From an uncultured Planctomycetia bacterium (lineage in GTDB: Bacteria > Omnitrophota > Gorgyraeia > Duberdicusellales > 4484-171), in the NCBI GenBank assembly GCA_964489445.1, contig CAZAYU010000003.1, positions 65,172 through 129,171 on the forward strand: DNA of 64,000 nucleotides, in the 5' to 3' direction. Made by a program: the position numbers and the translations under genes. The notes below the pieces were generated by a model. That model was not told where the DNA came from. It made no database searches and was given only the letters and a program-made list of their open reading frames with translations. Positions 38,728 through 48,608 of the stretch are shown in pieces; within the stretch, counting starts at the first letter, position 1; each line of letters starts with the position of its first letter.

Positions 38728-39858
38728 ATGAAAAAGATTGTTTGTATCTTAACATTATGTGTTATTTGTTTTTTCGGATATTGTCGGGAAAAGCCACAGG
38801 TAACCTTTTTTTATTCACCCCATTGTAAATCTTGTCTGGAAGTAAAAGCAGAAATTTTAAATTTAGTTAAAGAACAGTATAAAGGCATTTTTCAGTGGAA
38901 AGAGCTAAATACTTTCGGCAATCCGGATAATTTAAGTTTACTCACTTCGGTGAGTGCTCAATTTAATAAGAAAAAAGCATTGGTTCCTGCCATTTTAGCC
39001 GGTGATATGTTGCTAGTTGGCAAGCAGGAGATCAAAGATGATATTGGAGAAACTCTGGAAGATCTTTTAATAAGCAGTAATAAACCATTTAATTTTTCAC
39101 GGATAAAATTGCTAGATGTGTTTAACAGGATGTCTGTATTTGCAATTATTGGTAGCGGCTTAGCCGACGGCATTAATCCTTGTGCTTTTGCGGTGATTAT
39201 TTTTTTTATATCGTTTCTTTCTGCGTATGGGTATCGGAAAAAAGAGATTATCTGTATAGGCACAGCTTATTGTTTAGCAGTATTTATAACGTATTTTTTA
39301 ATTGGTTTAGGATTTTTCAAATTTCTTTATTTATTAGGAGGGGCCTATTCAGTTATTAAAGTTTTTTATTACTTTGTTGCTGGATTCTGTTTTTTAATGG
39401 CCTTGGGGTCTTTGTATGATTATTATAGGTTCAAGAAAACAAAAAGTTCCCAAGGTTTTATATTGCAATTACCAAAATTTATTAAGAAGAAGATTAATCT
39501 AATCATTGGTTCAAATTTACGCCAGAGAAGAGAAAAAAGCGCTATTAGGCTTATAGCTATATCTTTTATTGTCGGAGTGACAGTTTCTTTATTAGAAGCA
39601 GTATGTACGGGCCAAGTATATGTACCGGTAATTGTGTTTATTCTTAAAAATACAAGTTTAAAACTAAAAGCATTTATTTATCTGGCGGTTTATAATCTGA
39701 TGTTTATTTTTCCTTTAGTTATTATTTTTTTATTTTCTTTATTCGGAGTAAAATCAAAAAAATTTAATGATTTTCTAAAACATAATGTGGGGAAAATAAA
39801 AATTATTATGGCACTAGTTTTCCTTATTTTAGGTGTTTTTATCCTGTATTTAGGATAA
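38728..39858 (+). CDS. thioredoxin-like domain fused to DsbD/CcdA-family transmembrane disulfide reductase
   Basis: Signal/lipobox-like 'FFGYC', periplasmic CxxC 'SPHCKSC', then a membrane core with 'DGINPCAF' and 'AVCTGQVYVP' conserved Cys. ATG at 38728 preferred over TTG at 38707. Confidence 0.65.
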   Translation: MKKIVCILTLCVICFFGYCREKPQVTFFYSPHCKSCLEVKAEILNLVKEQYKGIFQWKELNTFGNPDNLSLLTSVSAQFNKKKALVPAILAGDMLLVGKQEIKDDIGETLEDLLISSNKPFNFSRIKLLDVFNRMSVFAIIGSGLADGINPCAFAVIIFFISFLSAYGYRKKEIICIGTAYCLAVFITYFLIGLGFFKFLYLLGGAYSVIKVFYYFVAGFCFLMALGSLYDYYRFKKTKSSQGFILQLPKFIKKKINLIIGSNLRQRREKSAIRLIAISFIVGVTVSLLEAVCTGQVYVPVIVFILKNTSLKLKAFIYLAVYNLMFIFPLVIIFLFSLFGVKSKKFNDFLKHNVGKIKIIMALVFLILGVFILYLG

Positions 39859-39909
39859 GGTGATATGATTTATTATTGTGTTTACTTGCTAAACGAAAAA
39901 ATCTAATTT

Positions 39910-41196
39910 ATGAGCTTACCTTATCTTGTTTTTTCAGACAAACAAGGAAAAATTTATCAGCATCCGTATTTACGAATGGCTATCTCTAGCCTGAACTTAC
40001 CAGGATTGCCCAATAAACAAGAATTAATCAAAGTTCCCAAGGGGAGCAGTTTTCTTTATCTTCCCGGGAGAATTCCTTTAGGGTATAATCTTCAGACTGA
40101 AAATTTTGAGTTTGTTAGAGAGTTTAAGAAAAAAAAAGTATTTGCATTAGCTGCCTTTCCGATTCCTGCTTACTTGAGATTGTGTCATCCTGCGGCTGTT
40201 GTTTTGAGTAAGAAGGTGTTGCCTCTTTGGGCATATACAGCATGCGGTTTATTGGGCAACGATTTATATATTACTGCTACGCGTGTTGATCCTCGCGTAA
40301 GACAAAGTCCGCGTTTTTATAATTTTAAACAAATAAACCGTAAGGTTATTCATTTTCTAAAGAAATATCCGGATAATAGGCTCTACAAGCATCTTGCTAA
40401 TTGTGCCCTTAATTATAATTGTTTGGCTGCAAAAAATTTGTTTTTAGAAAGATGGGAAGCGCCATTGCCAGTAGCTCAAATGTGTAATGCTGATTGCCTA
40501 GGGTGCATTAGCTATCAAAAAGCAGGGTGTATCGCCTCTCATAAGCGAATAGCATTTCAACCTAAAAGCAAGGAAGTTGTAGAGGTTATGAATCATCATC
40601 TTACAGTTGCCAGAGAGGCAATTGTAAGCTTTGGTCAGGGGTGTGAAGGTGAGCCGTTATTGGAAGAAAAATTAATTTCTCAATCAGTAATTAACGTGAG
40701 AAAAAAGAATAGCCGGGGGACGATTAACATTAATACTAATGCCAGCATTCCGAAAAAGATTAAGCTTCTTTGTTCTGCCGGGGTAGATTCTTTTCGGGTG
40801 AGCTTAAATAGTCCCAGCGAAAAATTTTATAATCTTTATTTCAATCCTAAAAATTATAAATTTAAAGATGTTGTGAAGTCAATAGCAATAGCCAAACGAC
40901 ACAATAAATTTGTTGCAATTAATTTATTTATGTTTCCCGGATTTTCCGACTCTGATCAACAGATTAACAGTTTAAAAAAATTCATAAAAAATAATGGCAT
41001 TGATATGATTCAATGGCGTAATCTCAATATTGATCCTGTTTATTATTTGGAAAAAATGAACTTAAAAAATGTCAGGCCTTTGGGGATGTTGTTTCTTCTG
41101 GAGGAAATAAAAAAATATTTTCCTTTGCTTAAAACAGGATATTTTAATATTCCCCGCGAAGAGTTTAAGAGTTTAAAGAAATATCAAAGTTATTAA
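39910..41196 (+). CDS. radical SAM protein with ~190-aa N-terminal domain of unknown function
   Basis: 'CNADCLGC' CxxxCxxC and a 'FGQGCEGEPLL' glycine-rich SAM motif. Extra Cys clusters (CALNYNC) suggest a possible auxiliary cluster. Confidence 0.65.
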   Translation: MSLPYLVFSDKQGKIYQHPYLRMAISSLNLPGLPNKQELIKVPKGSSFLYLPGRIPLGYNLQTENFEFVREFKKKKVFALAAFPIPAYLRLCHPAAVVLSKKVLPLWAYTACGLLGNDLYITATRVDPRVRQSPRFYNFKQINRKVIHFLKKYPDNRLYKHLANCALNYNCLAAKNLFLERWEAPLPVAQMCNADCLGCISYQKAGCIASHKRIAFQPKSKEVVEVMNHHLTVAREAIVSFGQGCEGEPLLEEKLISQSVINVRKKNSRGTININTNASIPKKIKLLCSAGVDSFRVSLNSPSEKFYNLYFNPKNYKFKDVVKSIAIAKRHNKFVAINLFMFPGFSDSDQQINSLKKFIKNNGIDMIQWRNLNIDPVYYLEKMNLKNVRPLGMLFLLEEIKKYFPLLKTGYFNIPREEFKSLKKYQSY

Positions 41197-41210
41197 TTAA
41201 ATTGTAAATA

Positions 41211-42200
41211 ATGAAGGCAATAGCATTAATATCTGGAGGGTTGGATAGTTTTTTAGCCCTTTATTCTATGCTTCAACAAGGAGTGGAGGCTGTAGGGGTG
41301 TATTTTTTAACTCCGGTTTCTAAACCCGAAAGGCTAGATATTCAAAAATCTGCGATTAAGAATATAATGAAAAAAATGGGTGTTAAATTAAAGATAAAAA
41401 ACATGGGAGTAGAATATTTACAAATGATAAAAGTTCCGAAATACGGATACGGGAGAAATATGAATCCTTGCATCGATTGCAAAATTTTAATGCTAAAATC
41501 AGCGAAAAGAATAATGGATGAAGAGAATGCGCAATTTGTAGTTACCGGTGAAGTTCTAGGCCAGCGACCGATGTCTCAACATCGGCAGGCATTAAAAATC
41601 ATTGAAAGAGAAAGCGGGCTATCAAGAATTTTACTGCGTCCTTTATCAGCAAAACTTTTAGAGGTAACATCGCCTGAAGAAAAAGGATGGGTAGAAAGGG
41701 ATAAGCTATTGTCTATAGACGGGAGATCGCGGAAAATACAGATAAAGTTGGCACAAGAAGCAGGAATTGAAGGGTATTCTCAGCCGGCAGGAGGCTGCTT
41801 GCTTACGGATACTAATTTTTCAAAAAAGGTTAATGATCTTTGGAAGTATAACCAATATAGCATTAAGGACGTTCACAGCTTAAAAGTCGGGAGACATTTT
41901 CGGATAAGTCATGATTTTAAAGTAATTGTTGGCAGGAATGAAAAAGAAAATGATTTTTTGCTTAAATTAGCGGGAAGAGATGATTTTATATTTGAAATTA
42001 AGGATTATCCTTCTCCTTTAGGCCTGGGAAGAGGAAAACTGGATAAACAGAAAGCAAAGATAGCCTCTGAGATAATCGTAAGCTATAGTAGCTTAAAAAT
42101 AAAAGCACGAGTAACTTTTGGGAAAGTAAAAGATGAGCAAGAAGAGACTATTTACGTAAATAATATTAATAAAGGACGCCTAAGTAAATTAATGGTATAA
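41211..42200 (+). CDS. ThiI-like PP-loop ATPase (tRNA sulfurtransferase / thiamine family) lacking THUMP and rhodanese domains
   Basis: 'LISGGLDSFLA' PP-loop and 'NPCIDCKILMLK...VVTGEVLGQRPMSQ' ThiI signature. C-terminal ~130-aa extension with 'PAGGCLLTD'. Confidence 0.6.
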   Translation: MKAIALISGGLDSFLALYSMLQQGVEAVGVYFLTPVSKPERLDIQKSAIKNIMKKMGVKLKIKNMGVEYLQMIKVPKYGYGRNMNPCIDCKILMLKSAKRIMDEENAQFVVTGEVLGQRPMSQHRQALKIIERESGLSRILLRPLSAKLLEVTSPEEKGWVERDKLLSIDGRSRKIQIKLAQEAGIEGYSQPAGGCLLTDTNFSKKVNDLWKYNQYSIKDVHSLKVGRHFRISHDFKVIVGRNEKENDFLLKLAGRDDFIFEIKDYPSPLGLGRGKLDKQKAKIASEIIVSYSSLKIKARVTFGKVKDEQEETIYVNNINKGRLSKLMV

Positions 42201-42319
42201 TGCATGGAAAATTGTTAGCTTGTGACTAGCAGTAAAACATGGCGCGCAGAGAGAAAGGCCAAGATAAGATTAAGAAAAAGGGTAAAAGAAACAATATTTA
42301 CAATTAAGCAATTAATTAA

Positions 42320-43231
42320 ATGAAAATATTTGATAATATCACTCAATTAACGGGAAGTACTCCTTTAGTCCGGCTTAATAAAATTAATAAAGGAGCTAAT
42401 GCTAATTTATTAGTCAAATTAGAATTTTTTAATCCTTATTCAAGCGTTAAAGATAGAATTGGCGTAGCGATGATTATTGATGCTGAGGAGAGAGGATTAA
42501 TTAATAAAAATGTTACTTTTGTTGAGCCGACCAGTGGTAATACTGGCATAGCGCTTGCTTTTGTGTGTGCCCAGAGAAATTATAAATTAATTTTAACAAT
42601 GCCTGAGAATATGTCTATTGAAAGAAGACGCTTATTGTCAGCCCTTGGTGCGAAAATAATTCTAACTCCCAAAGAGCAAGGGATGGAAGGAGCGATAAAC
42701 AAAGCAGAAGATATTGTTCGGCAAACAGCTGATGCCTGTATGCTTAAACAGTTTACTAATCGGGTTAACCCTAAAACACACAAGGAAACTACAGCATTAG
42801 AAATTTGGAATGACACGGAAGGAAGTGTAGATATTGTTGTTGCTGGAGTAGGAACCGGGGGCACAATCACTGGAATAGCCGAAACAATAAAAAAGAGAAA
42901 ACCACAGTTTAAAGTAATAGCAGTAGAACCTAAAGAATCTGCTGTTCTTTCTGGAAAAAAAAAAGGGTTACATAAAATCCAGGGTATTGGAGCAGGGTTT
43001 ATTCCAGATGTTCTAAATAAAAATTTGATTGATGAGATAGTTTGTGTAGAATACATCGATGCAGTAAGAGTTGTTGATGAGTTGGCCAAAAAAGAAGGAA
43101 TTCTAGTTGGACCTTCTGGAGGAGCAGCAGTCTGGGCAGCATTAAATATTGCCAGAAGAGTAGAAAATGAAAATAAATTGATAGTAGTGATTATTCCGGA
43201 TAGCGGTGAACGCTATCTTTCATTGAATTAG
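42320..43231 (+). CDS. cysK: cysteine synthase (O-acetylserine sulfhydrylase, PLP-dependent)
   Basis: 'PLVRLN...SVKDRIG' Lys-PLP motif and '[12 protein letters not shown]'; full length. Confidence 0.9.
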   Translation: MKIFDNITQLTGSTPLVRLNKINKGANANLLVKLEFFNPYSSVKDRIGVAMIIDAEERGLINKNVTFVEPTSGNTGIALAFVCAQRNYKLILTMPENMSIERRRLLSALGAKIILTPKEQGMEGAINKAEDIVRQTADACMLKQFTNRVNPKTHKETTALEIWNDTEGSVDIVVAGVGTGGTITGIAETIKKRKPQFKVIAVEPKESAVLSGKKKGLHKIQGIGAGFIPDVLNKNLIDEIVCVEYIDAVRVVDELAKKEGILVGPSGGAAVWAALNIARRVENENKLIVVIIPDSGERYLSLN

Positions 43232-43255
43232 GAATACATAAGAAAGGAGAAGGAA

Positions 43256-44026
43256 ATGTTAGAAGAGACTATAATCTCACAAGCGATTATTGATTCTTAC
43301 CAAAAGAAATTAGTAAGTATATTGGATGTTGATGTAGCAATTGTTGGTGCAGGACCTTCAGGGCTAGTAGCTGCTTTTTATTTAGCAAAAAATAAAAAGA
43401 AAGTTGTTGTTTTTGAGAAAAAGCTTTCCATAGGCGGAGGAATGTGGGGCGGAGGAATGATGTTTAATGAAATTGTTGTGCAAAAAGAAGCACATAAGAT
43501 ATTGAATGAGTTTTCTATAAATATGAGAAAGTATAAAGATGAGTATTATCTAGCTTCTTCTGTAGAAGCAGTTTGTTCTTTAGGTTTTCATGCTGCTCAA
43601 GCAGGGGCAACAATTATTAACGGAGTTTTAGCAGAAGATGTTATGGTCAAGAATAAGAAAGTCTGCGGGCTGGTAATCAATTGGTCAGCAGTAAACGCTG
43701 CGGGCCTTCATGTTGACCCTTTGACAATTAAAGCGAAAATAGTAGTAGATTCTAGCGGGCATCCTTGCGAAGTGATGAAAGTTGTGGAACGAAAGTCAGG
43801 ACTTAGACTGAACACGAAAACAGGGAAGATATTAGGTGAAAAATCGATGTGGGCGGATAAAGCAGAAAAAACAGTAGTCGGAAATACTAAAGAAGTTTGT
43901 CCTGGCCTTTATGCCTGTGGAATGGCTGCCAATGCGGTATTTGGAGCTCCGCGGATGGGTCCAATTTTTGGCGGAATGATTATTTCTGGTAAAAAAGTAG
44001 CTGAGCTAATTAGCCAGAGAATATAA
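43256..44026 (+). CDS. thi4: Thi4-family thiazole synthase (archaeal-type, sulfide-dependent class likely)
   Basis: '[17 protein letters not shown]' FAD/NAD fold and '[16 protein letters not shown]' Thi4 signature. Confidence 0.85.
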   Translation: MLEETIISQAIIDSYQKKLVSILDVDVAIVGAGPSGLVAAFYLAKNKKKVVVFEKKLSIGGGMWGGGMMFNEIVVQKEAHKILNEFSINMRKYKDEYYLASSVEAVCSLGFHAAQAGATIINGVLAEDVMVKNKKVCGLVINWSAVNAAGLHVDPLTIKAKIVVDSSGHPCEVMKVVERKSGLRLNTKTGKILGEKSMWADKAEKTVVGNTKEVCPGLYACGMAANAVFGAPRMGPIFGGMIISGKKVAELISQRI

Positions 44027-44102
44027 AAAAGATAGAATAGCTGATACCCTAATAAAAAATAATAGAAAAGGTATTTAATAGAGTTGCGGGGAGGATAAAC
44101 AA

Positions 44103-45275
44103 ATGGCAAAAACAATTGAGCAAATAAATGCGAAGATAAGGAGTGGAAAAGTAGTAGTACTTACAGCCGAAGAAGTAAAGTCTATGGCTAAGAAGAAAAG
44201 TATTAAACAGATCGCTAAACAAGTCGATGTGGTTACAACTGCCACATTTGGCCCGATGTGTTCTTCCGGTGCTTATTTTAACATTAGTCAGGTTAGGCCT
44301 AAAATCAAATTAGGAGGAGATAAAGTTTTGCTCAACGAGGTAGAATCTTATGCCGGATTTGCTGCGGCGGATATTTTTGTTGGTGCTACAGCGCTACCAG
44401 CTCATGATCCGCGCAATAAAGTGTATCCCGGAGCTTTTAAGTATGGAGGAGGACATGTTATTGAGGATTTAGTAAGTGGAAAGAATATTAAATTAAAAGC
44501 AAAAGCTTATGGAACTGATTGTTATCCGAATACAGGAATTGAAACACTTATTAATATCAATGATTTGCGTCAAGCTACCCTTTTCAATATTCGGAATATG
44601 TATCAAAATTATAATGTTGCTACTAATCTTTCAAATAAAATGATTTATACGTACATGGGAGCCTTGCGGCCTCAGATGGGGAATGCAAATTATTGTAGTG
44701 CTGGGCAGCTTTCTCCGTTATTGAATGACCCTTTGTATCGAACTATTGGTATTGGAAGTAGAATCTTTTTAGGTGGGACTATTGGTTATGTTTCTTGGTG
44801 GGGCACTCAGCACAATCCTAATGTAAAAAAAACAAAAGAAAAGGTTCCCTTGTCTCCCGCAGGAACAGCGGCAGTTATCGGAGACCTAAAGCAGATGAAA
44901 TCCGATTGGCTAAGAGGAACAAGCTTTCGTGGGTACGGAGCGACATTAAGCGTGGGTATTGGAGTGCCAATACCGTTGCTTAATGAACAGATAACGAAAA
45001 GTGCACTAATTACCGATAATAAAATTTTTACTCAAGTGGTAGATTATAGCAAAGCGTATCCTCAGGGCACAGGAGAAACTATTGGCAAGGTTAGCTATGA
45101 GGAATTAAAAACGGGTAAGGTGAAAATATTAGGCAAAAAAGTTCCAACTGCGAGTATTTCTAGCTATTTTAAGGCCCGAGAAATTTGTACTATTCTTAAA
45201 AATTGGATCAATAAAGATAAGTTTTATTTAAGCAAGCCGGTGGCTCCTTTTCCGGGGTCTGAGCCAGTATTCTAA
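44103..45275 (+). CDS. COG1900/DUF39 homocysteine biosynthesis protein (MA1821-like)
   Basis: 'VVTTATFGPMCSSGAYFN' and 'GGGHVIEDLVSG' conserved DUF39 blocks. Followed by a NIL-ferredoxin gene. Confidence 0.7.
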   Translation: MAKTIEQINAKIRSGKVVVLTAEEVKSMAKKKSIKQIAKQVDVVTTATFGPMCSSGAYFNISQVRPKIKLGGDKVLLNEVESYAGFAAADIFVGATALPAHDPRNKVYPGAFKYGGGHVIEDLVSGKNIKLKAKAYGTDCYPNTGIETLININDLRQATLFNIRNMYQNYNVATNLSNKMIYTYMGALRPQMGNANYCSAGQLSPLLNDPLYRTIGIGSRIFLGGTIGYVSWWGTQHNPNVKKTKEKVPLSPAGTAAVIGDLKQMKSDWLRGTSFRGYGATLSVGIGVPIPLLNEQITKSALITDNKIFTQVVDYSKAYPQGTGETIGKVSYEELKTGKVKILGKKVPTASISSYFKAREICTILKNWINKDKFYLSKPVAPFPGSEPVF

Positions 45276-45296
45276 TTTGCTACACTGAATAAAAAG

Positions 45297-45713
45297 GTGG
45301 TTTTTATGTATTCAAACAAAGTGGTATTATGTTTTCCTTCTAGCTTGGTGGATAAGTCAATAATTTATAAGTTATCCAAAGATTATGATTTAGAGTTTAA
45401 TATTCTAAAAGCCCTAGTTAATCCCAGAGAAGAAGGGGTAATGGTTTTAGAGCTAAAAGGAGATAAAAAGGAGTACGATAGAGCGATTACTTATCTTAAA
45501 GAAACAAAAGTAAAAGTACAGATTCTGTCAAATGATGTTGTCTGCGATAAAAATAAATGTGTGCATTGTGGCCTTTGCGTATCAGTGTGTCCGGTGGATG
45601 CGTTTAAAGTAGATTCTAGTACAAGAGAAGTTATTTTTCAGAAACAAAAGTGTATTGCCTGCGGGATATGTGTGAATATTTGCCCGTACAATGCAATGTC
45701 TATAAAATTTTAG
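45297..45713 (+). CDS. NIL domain + 2x[4Fe-4S] ferredoxin (MA1822-like)
   Basis: NIL-like N-terminal domain, then CVHCGLCVSVCP and CIACGICVNICP. Confidence 0.8.
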   Translation: MVFMYSNKVVLCFPSSLVDKSIIYKLSKDYDLEFNILKALVNPREEGVMVLELKGDKKEYDRAITYLKETKVKVQILSNDVVCDKNKCVHCGLCVSVCPVDAFKVDSSTREVIFQKQKCIACGICVNICPYNAMSIKF

Positions 45714-45763
45714 TAAAACATGTAGATAGATTTAAAAACTGCGCTATTAATCCAACCTTATAA

Positions 45764-47515
45764 TTGTTTGCAGAACACAAAAACTCATCTAACATCCGAC
45801 AGCTAATTGTATATTTAATTTCAGTAGGATTATTGTTTTACGTGTTTACTTCGTACGCAGAAAGTATTAATTTAGAGCCAATTACTATTCAAAAAGGACA
45901 CTTTGATCTTAATAGAGAGATTGTTGCTGAAGATGTGCCCTGCTTTTCTCCGGAAGAAATAATTGATTATTCATCAAGTATCAACTTGTGCCAACGTGCT
46001 CCATTTGGCGTGCAACAGGATGTATCTTTGAGGGGGTCGGGCTTTGAGGATGTCTTGGTTGACCTGGAAGGGATAAAGATGAATAATCCGCAAACTGGAC
46101 ATTATAGTTTAGAATTACCGCTAACTAGTGCGGATTTAGATAGTGTTGAACTATTCAATAATGCTCAAAGAGTTAATTTTCAAATCAAAGAGCCAGAAGG
46201 AAAAGGTGGTCTTTTTAAAACTACTTTTGGAGAGCACTCTTTGTGGGGTGAGCTTTTATCTTTTAATTTTTTGTTAAATGATGTAAAGAATCGCTTATCA
46301 ATAGAGCATAATTCGTCTTCTGGTGCAAGACAGGATACGGATTTTAATAACTATAAATTTTCTTTTCATTCGCTATGGATGAGAGATATTAATAAAATAG
46401 AATTTTTCTTTGGCTCAGCTGAGAAGAAATTTGGAGCTGATAGTTTTTATTCGGAGAGCTATTCACAAGAAGAAGAACGTACATCACAAAGATTTTTTTT
46501 ATTTAAAACAGCTACGGAAACTGATGATGTAAAATGGGAGAATACGTTTTATTTTAAAAGGCATAGTGATAAGTTTATTTTAAACCGGCACGATCCTTCA
46601 TTTTATACTAATTTTCATACTACTTATGTCTACGGGGTAAAAAGTAAATTAAATTTTTATAGCGATTGGTTTTGCTCTTTAGGCTTAGAAGAAGAAAAGA
46701 TAACAAGCACTAATCTTAATAGTCATCAGCGTTTTAAAAAAGGATTATGTTTAGGGATAGATGAGAAAAGGATAGGTGATTTTTTTATTAAATTTCAAGC
46801 AGGAGCTGATAATTACGGACAATGGGATAATCTTTATCAAGGAGAATCAAAAATAGGTTATTTTATTAAAGATAATTTGAAAGTGCATTTTTCAGTTGAT
46901 CGAATTTGGCGTGTTCCCTCATTTACTGAATTATACTATACCTCTCCGGTTAATAATGGAAACGAGAGCCTTAAGGCTCAGAAAACAAATAATTTTGAAA
47001 CGGGAGTTAATTTTTCTCAAGATAGTTATCAACTGCTTTTAAATTTATTTTTTCGCGATCAAGAGAGTACTATTGATTGGGTCAAAGAAATGTTATTTGA
47101 TCCTTGGCAGGCAGAAAATATTGGTAGCTTACAAGTTTATGGATTTGATTTTTATGCAGAAAATCGATTTCCGGATTTTTGGTTAGAAAGAATAAGTATT
47201 GGATATACATATTTAGATTTTGGCAGAAAGAACAAGTATGATTTCTCCAAGAGTGTGTTTGAATATAACCGACATAAGCTGGTCAATAGCATTTATTTTA
47301 ATGTAAAAGAATTTAAAATAAATGTTATTACTAAATTTTGTAATCCGGTAGATAGAGCTAGCTATGTTGTTTCTGACTTAAAAGTGGAAAAGAAGTTTCA
47401 TAATTTTACAATTAGTTTGGAAGGAATGAATATTTTTAATCAAGATTATCAAGAGATGAAGGGAGTAGAAAGCGCAGGAAGATGGTATAAAATCAGCGTT
47501 GCCTACACCTTTTAA
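45764..47515 (+). CDS. outer-membrane beta-barrel protein with TonB-dependent-receptor plug-like domain
   Basis: Signal peptide and 'LRGSG...VLVDLEGIKMNNPQTG' plug motif. Alternating amphipathic beta strands. C-terminal ...AYTF. Short for a TBDT. Confidence 0.55.
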   Translation: MFAEHKNSSNIRQLIVYLISVGLLFYVFTSYAESINLEPITIQKGHFDLNREIVAEDVPCFSPEEIIDYSSSINLCQRAPFGVQQDVSLRGSGFEDVLVDLEGIKMNNPQTGHYSLELPLTSADLDSVELFNNAQRVNFQIKEPEGKGGLFKTTFGEHSLWGELLSFNFLLNDVKNRLSIEHNSSSGARQDTDFNNYKFSFHSLWMRDINKIEFFFGSAEKKFGADSFYSESYSQEEERTSQRFFLFKTATETDDVKWENTFYFKRHSDKFILNRHDPSFYTNFHTTYVYGVKSKLNFYSDWFCSLGLEEEKITSTNLNSHQRFKKGLCLGIDEKRIGDFFIKFQAGADNYGQWDNLYQGESKIGYFIKDNLKVHFSVDRIWRVPSFTELYYTSPVNNGNESLKAQKTNNFETGVNFSQDSYQLLLNLFFRDQESTIDWVKEMLFDPWQAENIGSLQVYGFDFYAENRFPDFWLERISIGYTYLDFGRKNKYDFSKSVFEYNRHKLVNSIYFNVKEFKINVITKFCNPVDRASYVVSDLKVEKKFHNFTISLEGMNIFNQDYQEMKGVESAGRWYKISVAYTF

Positions 47516-47547
47516 ATCGCTGTAATCTTTCCTAAAATCACCGAAAA

Positions 47548-48549
47548 TCATTCTCTAAATAAAGAACTGCCATCACAAGCAGCAGTATTTAAATAATTGA
47601 ATCCTTCTCGACAGGAAGAAAATAGTAATCCCATATTTTCCGCAGATTGTTTAACCTCGATAATTAATCTTTTTCTAATATCTTCCGGAAGGTAGTTGTG
47701 AGGCCATTCGTTTTTGTTGGTTTTTAAATAAAGTCTTTGCCATAAGGTCCGGTGCTCTGGGAATGCAGATATCATGTTTCGGAAATTATCCGGTTTAATT
47801 TTATAGGTAGAAGTAATTATTTGTTTTGCTCCGGATTGTTTTAATTTATTTACTATATTTTGAATAGAAGTTGTGTTCAGAGGATAAATTAACGGATCAA
47901 GCCTTACGGCTACAGGAAGATGAGATGAAAGCTTTTCAATAGTTTTCAATCTTTCTTCGGGGGTAGGGGCAAAAGGTTCAAGCTTCTTGGATAAATTTTT
48001 ATCTAGTGTAGTTAAAGAGATGCAAACTACAACTTTTTTTAAATTTTTTAAAATTGGTAAGTCTTTCAAAATAAGATTTGATTTTGTTACAATGTTTATG
48101 CGGAAGGAATAAGTGGTAAACAGCTCTAAAGCACTTCTGGTAAGATGCATTGTTTTTTCTAATGGAAGATAAGGGTCGGAAGAGTTAGCGATAGCAATAG
48201 TTGAGTCTTGTGGAATTTTCTTAATTTCTTTATTTAGCCTTACCAAAAAGTCTTTTTTACTTCGGGGTTGAGAAAAATTGCGAATATAAGAGGACGCGTA
48301 ACAGTAAAAACATCCATGTCCACAACCAGTATAGGGAGAAAGGCTGTATTTTTCTGGACAAGTGCATAAATTATTTTTCCACGGGTCGAAATGGGTAATT
48401 AAGCTCATATGGGTTATATTGTAGGTAATTGGCCTGAGAGAGTCAATCAGAAATATGTTAATTTTATTCGATGTAACAGTAAACTCCAAATATCGAAAAT
48501 TGGTTGATTTATCTATCTCATTTGCGCCTAAGAGTGTGTAAGCAGACAA
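47548..48549 (-). CDS. radical SAM DNA-repair-photolyase-like protein (SplB/COG1533 family)
   Basis: 'SPYTGCGHGCFYCYAS' COG1533 signature. Confidence 0.7.
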   Translation of the reverse strand: MSAYTLLGANEIDKSTNFRYLEFTVTSNKINIFLIDSLRPITYNITHMSLITHFDPWKNNLCTCPEKYSLSPYTGCGHGCFYCYASSYIRNFSQPRSKKDFLVRLNKEIKKIPQDSTIAIANSSDPYLPLEKTMHLTRSALELFTTYSFRINIVTKSNLILKDLPILKNLKKVVVCISLTTLDKNLSKKLEPFAPTPEERLKTIEKLSSHLPVAVRLDPLIYPLNTTSIQNIVNKLKQSGAKQIITSTYKIKPDNFRNMISAFPEHRTLWQRLYLKTNKNEWPHNYLPEDIRKRLIIEVKQSAENMGLLFSSCREGFNYLNTAACDGSSLFRE

Positions 48550-48608
48550 CTAGTTAGCTCTTTCTTAATTACCAGAGGCATGCTATAATATTATAAATAT
48601 ACTAGAGT

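Noticed and set aside
42201-42319. Possible SAM or TPP riboswitch upstream of cysK/thi4, and cobalamin riboswitch upstream of the B12-rSAM gene (1–83)
   Set aside because: No SAM-I, TPP (CUGAGA...) or cobalamin B12-box consensus elements were recognisable by eye. Intergenic spacers before thi4 and the ThiI-like gene are under 30 nt.
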